DNA of 64,000 nt from Tepidisphaera sp. (GCA_050916045.1 CP051526.1:1024001-1088000); one strand, 5' to 3'; numbered from the stretch's first letter, positions 20,813-31,743 are shown. Made by a program: numbers and translations. The notes: generated by a model not told the origin, from the sequence alone.

Positions 20813-23611
20813 TCACCGACCCGCTTTCACCGTCTGCGATGATGCGGCTTTCGCCGGTGACCCGTTGCCCGACGGACCGACCGGCTTGGCCGGCTGCCCG
20901 CCGCTGTCGAGGGGCGCGATGGCCCCGCTGAGAACCTTGTCCTGCTGCTTCTTGTGAGCGTACTCGCTGCCGGTGGCCGGGCTCGCGCTCGAGTCACGGC
21001 CGCAGTACGCCAGGTTGACGCCGACCTTTTCGCGGAACGCGTCGGCGGCGTACAGGAACGCGCCCTGGTTGCGCGGCTCCTCCTGCACCCAGACGCGGGA
21101 AGCCGCTTTGGGGTACCGCGCGTCGATCTTCTTCGCAAGCTCCGCGTGGAGCGGGTAAAGCTGCTCGACGCGGACGATCGCGATGTCCGTCTTCTTCGTC
21201 GCTTCCCGTCGCTCGTGCATCTCGTGATAGATCTTGCCCGAGCAGTAGATGACCTTGGTGACCTTCGCCGGGTCCTTGACGTGCGGGTCGTCGATGAGGT
21301 GCTTGAACTCGCCGCTCACAAGCTCTTCGACGGTCGCGGTCTCGGTGCGGAGGAACTTCTTGGGCGTCATGACCACCAGCGGCTTGCGGAAGTTCCGCTT
21401 GACGTGCCGGCGGAGCATGTGGAAGACCTGCGCGCCCGTCGAGGGGTACACGACCTCCATGTTGTCGTCCGAGCAAAGCTGCAGGAACCGCTCGAGTCGG
21501 GCCGAGCTGTGCTCGGGGCCCTGGCCTTCGTATCCGTGCGGGAGCATCAGCACCAGACCGGCCCAGCGGTCCCACTTCACCTCGCTGCTCGCCATGAACT
21601 GGTCGATCACGACCTGCGCCGTGTTGCAGAAGTCGCCGAACTGGCCTTCCCAGATCACCAGAGCGTGCGGGTTCGCCCTCGAATAGCCGTAGTCAAAGCC
21701 CATGACCGAGTACTCGCTCAGCGGGCTGTCCCACGCGTCGAGCTTGGCCTGCTTGTCGGTGATGTTGTTGAGGGGCGTCGTGCGCACGCCCGTCTTCTCG
21801 TCGCGAAGGACCGCGTGACGCGAGGTGAACGTGCCGCGACGGCTGTCCTGCCCGCTGAGGCGGATCGGCGTCCCCTCCAGCAGAAGCGTGCCGAACGCGA
21901 TCATTTCCGAGTCCGCGTGGTTGAGCTTCTTCGTCGTCGGCAGGTTCCCGCGGCTTTCCAGCAAGCCCTTGAGCTTGGGGTGCGGGTTAAACCCTTCCGG
22001 CACGCGGCCGAGTGCGGAGCACACCTTCTCGATCGTCTTAAGGTCCACCGCCGTCTTTGGCGAAGCGAAGGTGTACGCGCCGGTGAAGCCCTTCCAGCGT
22101 CCCTCGCCGGGGGGCGAGACGGGATTGACGGGCTTGGATCGGACCGCGTCCTGGGCTTTGTCCAGGACCGCGATCTCCGCTTCGACCATGCTTTCGGCCT
22201 CGGCGGCGCTGACGACGCCGGAAGCGGCGAGCCTGGCCGCGTAGACCGCCCGCGTGCCCGGGTGGCTGCGGATCTTCGCGTACATCTCCGGCTGCGTGTA
22301 GCTCGGCTCATCCTGCTCGTTGTGGCCGTGGCGGCGGAAGCAGACCAGATCGACCCACACATCCTTGCCGAACTGCTGGCGATACTCGACCGCCATCAAC
22401 GCGGCGCGGACACACGCTTCCGGGTCGTCCCCGTTCACGTGAAGCACCGGCGACCCGATCACTTTCGCCAGATCCGTGCAGTAATCCGACGAGCGGTCAT
22501 CGCTCACCTCGGTCGTAAAGCCGATCTGGTTGTTGATGACGAGATGAACCGTCCCGCCGACGTGGTACCCCTCGAGATACGCCATGTTGACGCACTCGGC
22601 GACCACACCCTGCCCGATGACGGCGGCGTCGCCGTGGATGAGCAGCGCGGCGACTTCGCGCCGGCCCTCGCGGCCGTCCGCTTTCGCCGCGTCCTGCCGG
22701 GCGCGGGCCCGACCCATCACCAGCGCGTTGACGGCTTCGAGGTGGCTTGGGTTGTTGAGCATCGAGAGGTGCACGTTGCCCGCCGAAGTCGGCAGGTCGA
22801 ACGAGTACCCGCGGTGGTACTTCACGTCGCCGCCGCCCTGGTCAGCGCCCTCGGACCAGGAGTCCTCGAACTCCGTGATCAGACGCTCGGTGTCCTTGCC
22901 CAGGTAGTGCCGCAGAACGTTGAGGCGGCCGCGGTGGGCCATGCCGACGATCACCTCGCGGAGGCCAAGCTCGCCGCCCCGCTCGGTCATCAGCCGAAGC
23001 ATCGGAATCAGCGATTCCGCTCCCTCGAGGCTGAACCGCTTCTTGCCCTGGTACCGCTTGCCAAGCCATCGCTCAAACGTCTCGGAAACCGTCAGGTGCT
23101 TGAGGATCGTCTTGCCGTCGGCCGCCGCCGGGGCGCTCTCCTCGAATCGCGTGCGGAACCACTCCCGCTCCTCGTGCGTCGTGCAGTGCATGTACTCGGC
23201 GCCGATCGTGCCGCAGTACGCCGCGCGGAACGAAGCGATCACTTCGCGGAGGGTCTTGCCCGACTGCGTCCGGCGGTCCATATCCGCTTCCGCGATCTGC
23301 CCGAGCACGGTCTTGATCGGGGTCGCTTCCGGACGCGTCGAGCCCAGCGGGTCAAGTTTGGCTTCGGCGTGGCCATGGCGACGGAACGCCACCGCGATCC
23401 GCTCGGCGTGAAGGTCCGCGCTGTTCGCGGTCCCGGCCGTCGCGCCCGAAGGGCGATCGCAGCCAAGATCAAACCCCTGAAGGAAAGCTCGCAGGTCCGC
23501 GGGGATCGAAGCCGGGTCCGCTTTGTACTTCTCGTACATCGCGTCCAGATACTCCGCGCTCCACCCGTTCACCGCTCCGGACACCGCTCGCACTGTTGAT
23601 TCGGCGCTCAT
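20813..23611 (-). CDS. sucA: 2-oxoglutarate dehydrogenase E1
   Basis: KRFSLEG, GMAHRGRLN, GDVKYH, HGDAA and LPHGYEGQGPEHSSAR. Confidence 0.96.
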   Translation of the reverse strand: MSAESTVRAVSGAVNGWSAEYLDAMYEKYKADPASIPADLRAFLQGFDLGCDRPSGATAGTANSADLHAERIAVAFRRHGHAEAKLDPLGSTRPEATPIKTVLGQIAEADMDRRTQSGKTLREVIASFRAAYCGTIGAEYMHCTTHEEREWFRTRFEESAPAAADGKTILKHLTVSETFERWLGKRYQGKKRFSLEGAESLIPMLRLMTERGGELGLREVIVGMAHRGRLNVLRHYLGKDTERLITEFEDSWSEGADQGGGDVKYHRGYSFDLPTSAGNVHLSMLNNPSHLEAVNALVMGRARARQDAAKADGREGRREVAALLIHGDAAVIGQGVVAECVNMAYLEGYHVGGTVHLVINNQIGFTTEVSDDRSSDYCTDLAKVIGSPVLHVNGDDPEACVRAALMAVEYRQQFGKDVWVDLVCFRRHGHNEQDEPSYTQPEMYAKIRSHPGTRAVYAARLAASGVVSAAEAESMVEAEIAVLDKAQDAVRSKPVNPVSPPGEGRWKGFTGAYTFASPKTAVDLKTIEKVCSALGRVPEGFNPHPKLKGLLESRGNLPTTKKLNHADSEMIAFGTLLLEGTPIRLSGQDSRRGTFTSRHAVLRDEKTGVRTTPLNNITDKQAKLDAWDSPLSEYSVMGFDYGYSRANPHALVIWEGQFGDFCNTAQVVIDQFMASSEVKWDRWAGLVLMLPHGYEGQGPEHSSARLERFLQLCSDDNMEVVYPSTGAQVFHMLRRHVKRNFRKPLVVMTPKKFLRTETATVEELVSGEFKHLIDDPHVKDPAKVTKVIYCSGKIYHEMHERREATKKTDIAIVRVEQLYPLHAELAKKIDARYPKAASRVWVQEEPRNQGAFLYAADAFREKVGVNLAYCGRDSSASPATGSEYAHKKQQDKVLSGAIAPLDSGGQPAKPVGPSGNGSPAKAASSQTVKAGR

Positions 23612-23746
23612 ACGTCAATCCCGGCCCCGCTCACCCTTGTAAAGTCCATTCATGGACCAATCAGAATCCGACCTTGCCGCGATCGCGCGGCCTGTTCACG
23701 GGGCAAAATCCTAGGCCTGTCCATCGGCTCTCCCCCACCGGGCCCG

Positions 23747-25258
23747 TCAATTCGGGGCACCCACCGCGGCGGGGGCCGGGGCGGGGTCTGACAGGATCAC
23801 TCGTGGTGCGGGGGTGTCGGTCAGGTCCGCGAGGGTCTTTCCTCGCACCCCGACAAGCCTGGACTCGCGAGCGGCCTGGAGCAGGTCCGCGTGGGGGCTG
23901 CGCTCCGCACCCTCCCAGAGCGGGTCGCCGGCGGTCACGATCTCCTCGCCGCGGATCGCTTCCGGCGGTCGGCTGAGCGCGAACGCCCGGTCGCCATCAT
24001 CGCCGGTCGCGATGCGGTGCACCAGCCCGGCACCCGCCAAGCGTTGAAGCACGTCGAGCGTCACCGGCTCGGTCAGCGCGAACTCGGCCGCCAGCTCCGA
24101 AGCGACCGACGGGCGTCCCTCGCGAAACCGCCGCGCCATCACGATCATCACCGGAAGCCCGACGCCAAGCCCGCCATCCACCAGCGACGGGCCCGCGGGT
24201 GCCGTGTTCAGGAATCGCTTCCAGAAGCTGTCACCTTCCTCACGCACCTCCCAGAACATCTGCAAGCTGAACGAGAGCTGCAATCCCGACAGCACGATCA
24301 TCCACGTCACATAGATCCAGAGCATGAAAAGCGGCAGCAGAAAGAGCGCCCCGTACAACTGCTTCACCGACCCGGAAGCCACGTACGCCCGGAATCCCCA
24401 TTTGCCCAGTTCCCACAGGATCGCGGCGCTCACCGCTCCAACCACCGCCGCTCGCATTCGGACCTTCGTGTTCGGCACCGTCACGTAGATCACCCAAAGC
24501 ATCAGCGTGCTGATCCCCACGGTGACCCCGTATCCGGCAAAGCCCACGAGGAACGACTGCATACCCGTGCTCTCCGCCGTGCGGAGCGACATGTTGCTCA
24601 CCACCGCTTGGAACCGCTCGCCGACCGCGAAAGACGCGAACAAAAGCACCGGCCCGAGCGTGAGCAGGGTCCAGTACTGCGTGATCCGGCGGCTCCAGCT
24701 CCGCGCCGCCGGCGCGTGGTAGACCTGGTTGAACGCGAGCTCGATCTCGATGAGCATCGAGATCGCGCCGTAGATCAGCGTGAGGATGCCGATGATCGCG
24801 ACGCCGCTATAGGAGATCCCCCGAACGCGGCCGACAAGCTCAAGAATCCACTGATCGATCCCCTTCACCGTGGGCGGAAGGGTCGGATCGACGATCGCTC
24901 CTTCGGGCTCCGGCGCGTCGATCGCCAGTCCGCTGAACTCCAGGATCCGCGTGATGGACTGCCGGACCTGATCCTCGGAGGAGAACGCTCCCAGAATCGC
25001 GACGCCGATCACGATGATCGGGATCAGGCTGAAGATCGTGCGGTACGTCAAAGCCGCGGCCATCCGCGTGAGCTGGGCCTGCAACGCCGAGTGGATCGCG
25101 AGGCGGATGATGTCCATCGACCCCTTGGGGCCGTCCTTGCTCACGATCGCGGAGAGACCGCCCGAGATCGATCTGGCGAACGCGGCCGAGGCACCCTCGG
25201 TCAGGGGCTTGCGCTTCGGGCGTGCGGGCGTCGTTGCTGGATCCGGAGTCGGGCTCAT
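23747..25258 (-). CDS. YihY/BrkB family membrane protein with C-terminal Rrf2-like wHTH
   Basis: AAALTYRTIFSLIP, VPNTKV and LYGAL..LPLFMLWIY; C-terminal wHTH-like segment. Confidence 0.85.
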   Translation of the reverse strand: MSPTPDPATTPARPKRKPLTEGASAAFARSISGGLSAIVSKDGPKGSMDIIRLAIHSALQAQLTRMAAALTYRTIFSLIPIIVIGVAILGAFSSEDQVRQSITRILEFSGLAIDAPEPEGAIVDPTLPPTVKGIDQWILELVGRVRGISYSGVAIIGILTLIYGAISMLIEIELAFNQVYHAPAARSWSRRITQYWTLLTLGPVLLFASFAVGERFQAVVSNMSLRTAESTGMQSFLVGFAGYGVTVGISTLMLWVIYVTVPNTKVRMRAAVVGAVSAAILWELGKWGFRAYVASGSVKQLYGALFLLPLFMLWIYVTWMIVLSGLQLSFSLQMFWEVREEGDSFWKRFLNTAPAGPSLVDGGLGVGLPVMIVMARRFREGRPSVASELAAEFALTEPVTLDVLQRLAGAGLVHRIATGDDGDRAFALSRPPEAIRGEEIVTAGDPLWEGAERSPHADLLQAARESRLVGVRGKTLADLTDTPAPRVILSDPAPAPAAVGAPN

Positions 25259-26334
25259 GATTCGCTGGAGGGTTCGTTGCCGATGACGCGTGGTCTGCGG
25301 CGAGGAGCCGCCGGAACCGGGCTCGGAGCCGGGGTCGTCGCGGCGGGGGCGAGATCATCGGCTCTGCCTGGCTTGCGACCTTGATTCGGAGCGGAAACCG
25401 GCTGCTTGCGCTCGCTCGGGTGCCGTTTGGTGACGGCGTGGATCTCGGACTTGGTCAGTTCGCGCCAACGGCCCATCGCCAGATCGCGGAGGACGAGCGG
25501 ACCGATCGCGACGCGGTGGAGCCTGCGGACCTGGTGCCCGACGAGCGTGAGCGCCTTGACGATCTCCTCATCGCGAGCGTGCTTGGCCGAGATTTCCAAG
25601 GTGCAGTTACCCTCGCCCATGACGCCGACCTTGACGTCGATCTGCACCTTGCGGGCGTTGGAAGGCCGGCCGCGGGTGAACTGCGGGCCGTCCTTGCGCA
25701 TCGGGCGCTCCCCGGGCTTGGCGGACTTCCCGGACTTGCCCGGCATGTCGCGGCTTTCGCGCGTGCCCGGCCCCTCGTCCTCGGGCTTGAACCCATCCTC
25801 GGTGTCGAAGACGTAGACGCCCTTGGCGAGGTTGGCGACGGTCTGGGGCGTCGGTCGGCCCTTGACCTTGGCTTGGTAGAGCCGGACGTGGCCGTAGCGC
25901 GGGTGGGTGAGCCGGTTGACGACGGCACCGTCATTGGTGAACAGGAGCAAGCCCGAAGAGTCGAAATCCAGGCCGCCGACGGCCACAAGTCTTGGCTTGG
26001 AAGGGTGTTCGATCATGGCCAGTGCCGCCGGGCGGTCGTCGCCGGGGCCGATGGGCGCGGTCAGCACCTTGGTCGGCTTGTTCATCATGATGTACGAGAA
26101 CCGGATCTCGCTTGCGAGCGGGCGTCCGTCGACCTCGATCCGGTCGTTCTTGGGGTCCACGAAAGCCGGCAGCTTGTCGCAGACGCGGCCGTTCACCTTG
26201 ACCCGTCCGGTCTCGATCAGCGTTTCGCAAGCCCGGCGGGCCGCGATCCCCGCGTCGGCCATCACGCGTTGAAGGCGTTCGCCGCGAGCGGGATCGTTGA
26301 GAGGAAGAGATGACGGTTCCTTGCGGCTACCCAT
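25255..26334 (-). CDS. RsuA/RluB-family pseudouridine synthase with S4 domain (divergent active-site motifs)
   Basis: ERLQRVMADAGIAARR S4, MNKP, GGLD..SSGLLLFTNDG and LHRVAIGPL. Confidence 0.85.
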   Translation of the reverse strand: MGSRKEPSSLPLNDPARGERLQRVMADAGIAARRACETLIETGRVKVNGRVCDKLPAFVDPKNDRIEVDGRPLASEIRFSYIMMNKPTKVLTAPIGPGDDRPAALAMIEHPSKPRLVAVGGLDFDSSGLLLFTNDGAVVNRLTHPRYGHVRLYQAKVKGRPTPQTVANLAKGVYVFDTEDGFKPEDEGPGTRESRDMPGKSGKSAKPGERPMRKDGPQFTRGRPSNARKVQIDVKVGVMGEGNCTLEISAKHARDEEIVKALTLVGHQVRRLHRVAIGPLVLRDLAMGRWRELTKSEIHAVTKRHPSERKQPVSAPNQGRKPGRADDLAPAATTPAPSPVPAAPRRRPRVIGNEPSSES

Positions 26335-26465
26335 GCGGTTCAGCGTATGCGCCGATAACCGCGAGACCCCGCGCCCGCGCGGGAACGCCCCTGAATTCAG
26401 GTTGAGCCGCATCCGGCGTCGATGGTGGAGCGTCGCGTTCCGCACCGCTTGCACAAGGCCCGCTC

Positions 26466-27401
26466 ATGCCCAAGAACCCCGCCGCGTCAAAGCCCGCTCC
26501 CAGCACCCCGGCCGTCGCGACCGACCCCGGCACGCGTGCCGAGGAGATCTTCCTCACTCCGCGGGTGCTCGATCAGGGTGCCTTCGAGGGGATGACCGGT
26601 GAGCTCAAGGTCCTGATCCGCGACGCGGATGGCCAGCGACAGACGCTCCAGCGGACCTCCGAAGAAGTCAAAGGACTTTCCACGATCCTTCGCACCGCGC
26701 TCACGGAACTGCAGACCCGCCTCGACCGCGCGGGCAAGGTCACGCCCGTCCTCGAGCAGTGGCTGACCGAAGCACGCGAGCTGGCGGGCAAGCCCATCGA
26801 CACGTCTCGGGCCACACGCGACCTTGAGCGCGCGATCACGGGCATCGTCGAGAGCCGCAAAGCCGAGTTTGAGCACGCCGTCGCGCCCACAATCGAAATG
26901 CTCCGCCAGCTCCGCAAGGAGACCGAGCGCACCAAAGCGGGGATCGACGGCGTTCTGGCCGGCGCCGAAGCCAAGGTCGCCGCGCTCGAAGAGCGTGCGC
27001 ACGAAGCGGTCCGTCTGTTGAACGACCGCGCCGTCGAACTTGAGCGGGCCTCCGCCGAACGCTTCGCCGCGGCCGAGGACCGCCTCGCCGAGATCGAGCG
27101 CCGCGCCGCAGGCTTGCAGCACCGCATGAACAGCGTCGTCGCCCAGGCCGATGAAGCCGGCCGCCGGTTCGACACCCGCGGGCCCGCGCAGTCCGCCGAG
27201 ACGATCTACGCCACGATCGAAGCCGCTTTGGAAGGCTCGCGCCGCGTGGAAGAGATCACCCGCATCCGCCTCGCCGAACTGCGCGAGGTTGAGAACCTCC
27301 TGGGCACGGTCGGCGGGCGCGTGGCTTCGCTTCGCGCCGCCGCGATGCAGATCCCCGAAGTCAAGCCCAAGGGCAAGCAGCGTGACCGAGACGCCGCGTG
27401 A
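26466..27401 (+). CDS. Coiled-coil hypothetical protein
   Basis: Long helical, heptad-rich ORF filling the gap between divergent/convergent genes. Confidence 0.65.
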   Translation: MPKNPAASKPAPSTPAVATDPGTRAEEIFLTPRVLDQGAFEGMTGELKVLIRDADGQRQTLQRTSEEVKGLSTILRTALTELQTRLDRAGKVTPVLEQWLTEARELAGKPIDTSRATRDLERAITGIVESRKAEFEHAVAPTIEMLRQLRKETERTKAGIDGVLAGAEAKVAALEERAHEAVRLLNDRAVELERASAERFAAAEDRLAEIERRAAGLQHRMNSVVAQADEAGRRFDTRGPAQSAETIYATIEAALEGSRRVEEITRIRLAELREVENLLGTVGGRVASLRAAAMQIPEVKPKGKQRDRDAA

Positions 27402-27419
27402 TCCGGGTGAGTTCGGGAC

Positions 27420-30400
27420 TCACGGCTTGATCGCGGGCGAAGCTCCCATGCCCGGGCCCATCACCACGGCGTTCATGAAGAGGCGCGTCGTGCCCCGGGC
27501 CGCCGAACGGAATGTCGGGTTGCCGGAGAAGAGGATCACCTGACCCGCGCCCACGCGTTCCTGCGTGCAGTACGCGCTGTGCGCGAGGCGGTCGGCCGCT
27601 TCGGGCCAGAGCAAACCCGACATCCGAAGCCGGAGCTCGTATCCGGGCGGCGCGAGCAGCCAGCCGGGCTTGGGTTCTTCCTTCTTTGCGTCCTTCTTGT
27701 CCTCGTCCTTCTTGTCCTGCTTCTTCTCTTCGCCGGCGTTCTTGCCGTCCTTGGCGGGCTCGGGCTTGGGTTCCGGCGGTTTGGTCGAGGGGACGAACGC
27801 TCCGAGAAGCACCGGCGCGTTGCCCCCGTGCGGCGCGAGCAGCACGGGGCCCTGTCCGACGAGCACCGGGAGCGTCTCGCCGCACCCGGAGGTCAGCCAG
27901 TGGCGATCGTCGGTGCGGGAAGCGAGGAACGCCCCCTGCGGCATGAAGAGCGAACGCCACTGGTCGCGCCGCTTGGCCTCATCCTCATCGACCTTCTCGG
28001 CTTCACCCAGCTCCCACGGGTACTCAAGCTTCTCCGGCGGGTTGTACGACCAGACGGCATCGGGCTCGACCACCGCGGTCTTGCCGAGCCAGTCGCGCAC
28101 GACCGCGGCCCGGTACGCATCGAGCTTGGTGAGCACATCCGGGAGCAAGCGGACGGAGCCGATGCCGTCTTTTTCCTTGGCGAAGGGAGCGGCGGAGTCG
28201 CCGATGGCGATCACGGTGCCGCCGCTTTCGACCCACGAGCGGATCGCGGGGAGGTGCTCGGTCCACGAGGACCCGCCGTCGGGGATCACAAGGACGTTGT
28301 ACCGCCGCAGGTCCGACCCGCCGAGGTCGTCGGCGTCGATGTACGAGGCTCGCACACCCATCTCGTGGTCGAGCAGGTGCCAGATTTCGCCGTACGAGTA
28401 CGGGCTCATCGGGGCGCGGGCGAGGACGGCGACGCGCGGCGGCTCGAGAAGCACGAAGTGCTGGCCGCCAAGGTCCGGCAGGTCCCCGGGGCCCATCCCG
28501 CCCCCGACCGGCTCGGCGATCACGCCGAAGGACGCCGCGGTCTCGCGGATAAGCGTGTCCCAGCCCGCGACGTCGCGGTTGTCGATGCGGGTCATGAAGA
28601 ACGAGCCGCGTTCGTGTTTGCTCCCAAGCACCGTCGGCTTGTCGCTCGCCCGGATCTTGACGCCAAGCTCAAGCAGTCGGGCCGCGGCCGCGACCGAGCG
28701 GTCATCCGCCGCGCTGAGCACCATCGCGACGGGGTTCTGCACCGGCGCGGCGGCCCGGGCGGGCGCGACCAGATCGTCCCACTTCGCCGGCGCGGCCGAT
28801 GCGGGCAGCGCCCCGCGCACCTCGAAGACGTCCATCCCGAAGAACATCCCCACGTTCCAGCCCGTGATGTCGTACAGCCGCGACTGCCCGAACCGGAGCA
28901 ACTCGCGGCGCTCCTCGATCAGGAACTCCTTGGGCATCCTGGGGTCAAGCTCAAATAGCGCCGCCGCGAGCCGTCCCAGCGGCTGGTTCGCGGAGATCAC
29001 CACCGTGCCGGCCGCGAACTCGCGGTCCTTGAACTCCCGCCCCAGCGGGTCCTTGCCGCTTGTCTTGAACTTCTCCGCCGTGCGGAGAACTTCGATCCCC
29101 TGAAGCTCCAGGTTGTCGATGAGCTTCTGCCAGCGGCCGACGTTCCCTGCGGGAGCTTCGAGGATGAAGTGCCGCGTCGCGACGCCGCCGGCTTCGGGGT
29201 CGCCCCCGCCCGCGATGACCTTGCGGCGGTCCTCGACGAAATCCTTCAGGATGACCTCGCGGTGCTTGCTCGCGGTCGCGAGGTTGGCGAGGGAGCTGAC
29301 AAGCTGCTTGTGCACGCCCTCGCGGTAGGCTTCGATGGTGCCCTCGGGGCGGCGGACGCCGTCGGAGATGAGGCGGGCCTGCTCGTAGAGGTTGTCGATC
29401 GCGCCGCGGAGGGCGGCCCATGAGCCCGAGTACCCGGGGTACCACTCTTCGTTCCATTCGCCGGTGTAGTACCGCCAGCCGAAAGCGTCGAAGGCCTTGC
29501 CCTGGTCATCGCCGAAGATCGCGGACCATTTCTTGATGTGGTCGCCGATGTTGGGGTTGATGGGGGCCCGGGGGGGCATGAAGAGGAAGGTGTCCAGGGG
29601 CGACTGTTCGTGGCTTTCGACGAAGTAGTGGGCGTTCCACTCGCCGAAGGCCTTGACGCGGCCGCGGCTTTCGGGCTGCGTGGCGAACATCCAGTCGCGG
29701 TTGAGGTCAAAGAGGTAGTGGTTCATGCGTCCGCCGGGCCACGGCTGCGCATGGAAGATCGACTGGTCATCCACGTTGGGCTGCCGCGTGCGCGACTGGG
29801 CGACGGAGGTGATGCAGCGCTCGCGGCCGTCGGGGTTCATGAGGGGGTCGAAGATGATCACCATCTTGTCGAGCATCGCCGTGACCGCGGGGTCGGTGCA
29901 GGAAGCCAGGTGCCACGCGAGGGGCATCGCGGCGTCGGTGCCGGACATCTCATCGCCGTGGATGACGTACGCGAGGACGACGATGATGGGGAGGTCGCGG
30001 GCGAGGGCATCGGCCTCGGCGGCGGGGATGGCGCGGGGGTCGGCGAGCTTGGCGGCGGCGGCCTTGATCTCATCCAAGCGGGCGATGTTGGCGGGGCTGC
30101 TGATGGCGAGGTAGGAGAGGGTGCGGCCCTCGTGGCTTGTGGCGTAGTCGAAGAGCTTCACACGCTGGCCGGTCTTCGCCGGGCTGGCGGCGAGGGCTTT
30201 GAGGATGGCCTGCACCTGCGCGTAGGTCATCGGCTTGTCGCCGGCGCGGAAGCCCAGGATGCTGTCGGGCGTGGGGACGGCGGGGTCGTGGGTTGCGCCG
30301 GGGAAGAACTCGGCGTTGTACTCGAGGCCCTTGAGCTGGACGGGGGGCGGGGAAGCGGGCGGAGTTGCCGGCTGGGTTGTCGGTTGGGCGAAGGCGGATC

Positions 30401-30446
30401 CGGCGAGAATGGCGAGCGTGAGAGCGTGCGAGAGCGAGAAGCGCAT
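27420..30446 (-). CDS. Secreted M14 zinc carboxypeptidase-like protein with C-terminal GATase-like domain
   Basis: Signal peptide; IHGDEMSG, NPDGR, NHYLFDLNRDW and HE. Confidence 0.88.
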   Translation of the reverse strand: MRFSLSHALTLAILAGSAFAQPTTQPATPPASPPPVQLKGLEYNAEFFPGATHDPAVPTPDSILGFRAGDKPMTYAQVQAILKALAASPAKTGQRVKLFDYATSHEGRTLSYLAISSPANIARLDEIKAAAAKLADPRAIPAAEADALARDLPIIVVLAYVIHGDEMSGTDAAMPLAWHLASCTDPAVTAMLDKMVIIFDPLMNPDGRERCITSVAQSRTRQPNVDDQSIFHAQPWPGGRMNHYLFDLNRDWMFATQPESRGRVKAFGEWNAHYFVESHEQSPLDTFLFMPPRAPINPNIGDHIKKWSAIFGDDQGKAFDAFGWRYYTGEWNEEWYPGYSGSWAALRGAIDNLYEQARLISDGVRRPEGTIEAYREGVHKQLVSSLANLATASKHREVILKDFVEDRRKVIAGGGDPEAGGVATRHFILEAPAGNVGRWQKLIDNLELQGIEVLRTAEKFKTSGKDPLGREFKDREFAAGTVVISANQPLGRLAAALFELDPRMPKEFLIEERRELLRFGQSRLYDITGWNVGMFFGMDVFEVRGALPASAAPAKWDDLVAPARAAAPVQNPVAMVLSAADDRSVAAAARLLELGVKIRASDKPTVLGSKHERGSFFMTRIDNRDVAGWDTLIRETAASFGVIAEPVGGGMGPGDLPDLGGQHFVLLEPPRVAVLARAPMSPYSYGEIWHLLDHEMGVRASYIDADDLGGSDLRRYNVLVIPDGGSSWTEHLPAIRSWVESGGTVIAIGDSAAPFAKEKDGIGSVRLLPDVLTKLDAYRAAVVRDWLGKTAVVEPDAVWSYNPPEKLEYPWELGEAEKVDEDEAKRRDQWRSLFMPQGAFLASRTDDRHWLTSGCGETLPVLVGQGPVLLAPHGGNAPVLLGAFVPSTKPPEPKPEPAKDGKNAGEEKKQDKKDEDKKDAKKEEPKPGWLLAPPGYELRLRMSGLLWPEAADRLAHSAYCTQERVGAGQVILFSGNPTFRSAARGTTRLFMNAVVMGPGMGASPAIKP

Positions 30447-30522
30447 GCGAGAAGCTCCGAGATGTCCGGCTCGCGAAGCGGCCGGTACAATCGGGCCCAT
30501 CATACCTGTTCCGGAGTTCCGC

Positions 30523-31743
30523 ATGTCCACCACCCCGACGGTCTTTGACGCTCGCACCGACACGCTTTTCGCCCAGCTCCGCGAGCAGAAGGTGTGGAAG
30601 AGCCTCCAGATGCTCGAATCCCCGATGGGCCCCACGGTCAAGATTCGGGGCAAGGGTGAGTGCCTGTGCTTCTGCAGCAACAACTACCTCGGCCTTGCGA
30701 ACCATCCCGAGGTGGTCGAAGCGGGGATCAAGGGCCTCCGCGACTGGGGCGCGGGCACCGCGAGCGTGCGGTTCATCTGCGGCACCTTCTCCCCGCACGA
30801 GCAGCTCGAAGCCTCGATCGCGACCATGATGGGCACCGAGTCGTCGTACACGTTCGTCTCCGCGTGGACCGCGAACGAAGCCGTCTTCCCCACGCTCTGC
30901 GAGCCGGGGGACACGATCATCTCCGATGAACTCAACCACGCGTGCATCATCGACAGCATCCGCCTGGCGACGGTGATCAAGAAGGGCCTGAACAAGTCCG
31001 TCTACAAGAACAACAAGCTCACCGGCGAGCACAGCCTGGAGCAGCGGCTGAAGGAAGCCCACGCTTCCGCCCCGTCAGGACAAATCTGGGTGGTCACCGA
31101 CGGCGTCTTCAGCATGGAGGGCTCGATCGCGGATCTGCCGACGATGCGGAAGATGTGCGACCAGTACGGGGCGATCCTCGTCGTGGATGACAGCCACGGG
31201 CACGGCGTGATGGGGAAGACGGGCCGCGGCACGCACGAGCACTTCGGGATGATGGGTGGGAACGCCGGCCGCGTCGACATCTTTACCGGCACGCTCGGCA
31301 AGGCGCTGGGCGGCGGGGCGGGCGGGTTTGTGGCGGCGGACAAGCGGGTGACGGAGCTTCTGATCCAGCGCGGGCGGCCGACGCTCTTCTCCAACGCTTT
31401 GCCGGTCACGGTCGCGTGCTCGGCGAACAAAGCCATCGAGATCATGATCCGCGAGCCCGAGCGGGTGCAGCGCCTGCGGGACAACGTCGCGTACGCCCGG
31501 CAGAAGATCAAGGCCGCCGGGTTTGATGTCCTTGAGAGCCCGACGGCGATCTGCCCGGTGATCGTGGGCGAGACGGCCAAGGCGATCGACATGAGCCGCC
31601 GCCTGCTTGAGCTTGGCGTCTTTGTGATCGGCTTTGGCTACCCCGTCGTCGCCGAAGGCCACGCGCGCCTGCGGTGCCAGATCTCCGCCGCGCACACGCG
31701 CGAGCACATCGACACGCTGGTGGCGGCGCTGAAGAAGCTGTGA
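30523..31743 (+). CDS. kbl: Glycine C-acetyltransferase (2-amino-3-ketobutyrate CoA ligase)
   Basis: FCSNNYLGLA, SVRFICGT, DELNHA, DGVFSM, DDSH and GTLGKALGG. Confidence 0.88.
   Translation: MSTTPTVFDARTDTLFAQLREQKVWKSLQMLESPMGPTVKIRGKGECLCFCSNNYLGLANHPEVVEAGIKGLRDWGAGTASVRFICGTFSPHEQLEASIATMMGTESSYTFVSAWTANEAVFPTLCEPGDTIISDELNHACIIDSIRLATVIKKGLNKSVYKNNKLTGEHSLEQRLKEAHASAPSGQIWVVTDGVFSMEGSIADLPTMRKMCDQYGAILVVDDSHGHGVMGKTGRGTHEHFGMMGGNAGRVDIFTGTLGKALGGGAGGFVAADKRVTELLIQRGRPTLFSNALPVTVACSANKAIEIMIREPERVQRLRDNVAYARQKIKAAGFDVLESPTAICPVIVGETAKAIDMSRRLLELGVFVIGFGYPVVAEGHARLRCQISAAHTREHIDTLVAALKKL

Noticed and set aside
20954..23599. Long antisense ORFs opposite sucA and other core genes
   Set aside because: Typical stop-poor shadows in high-GC DNA, with no motifs
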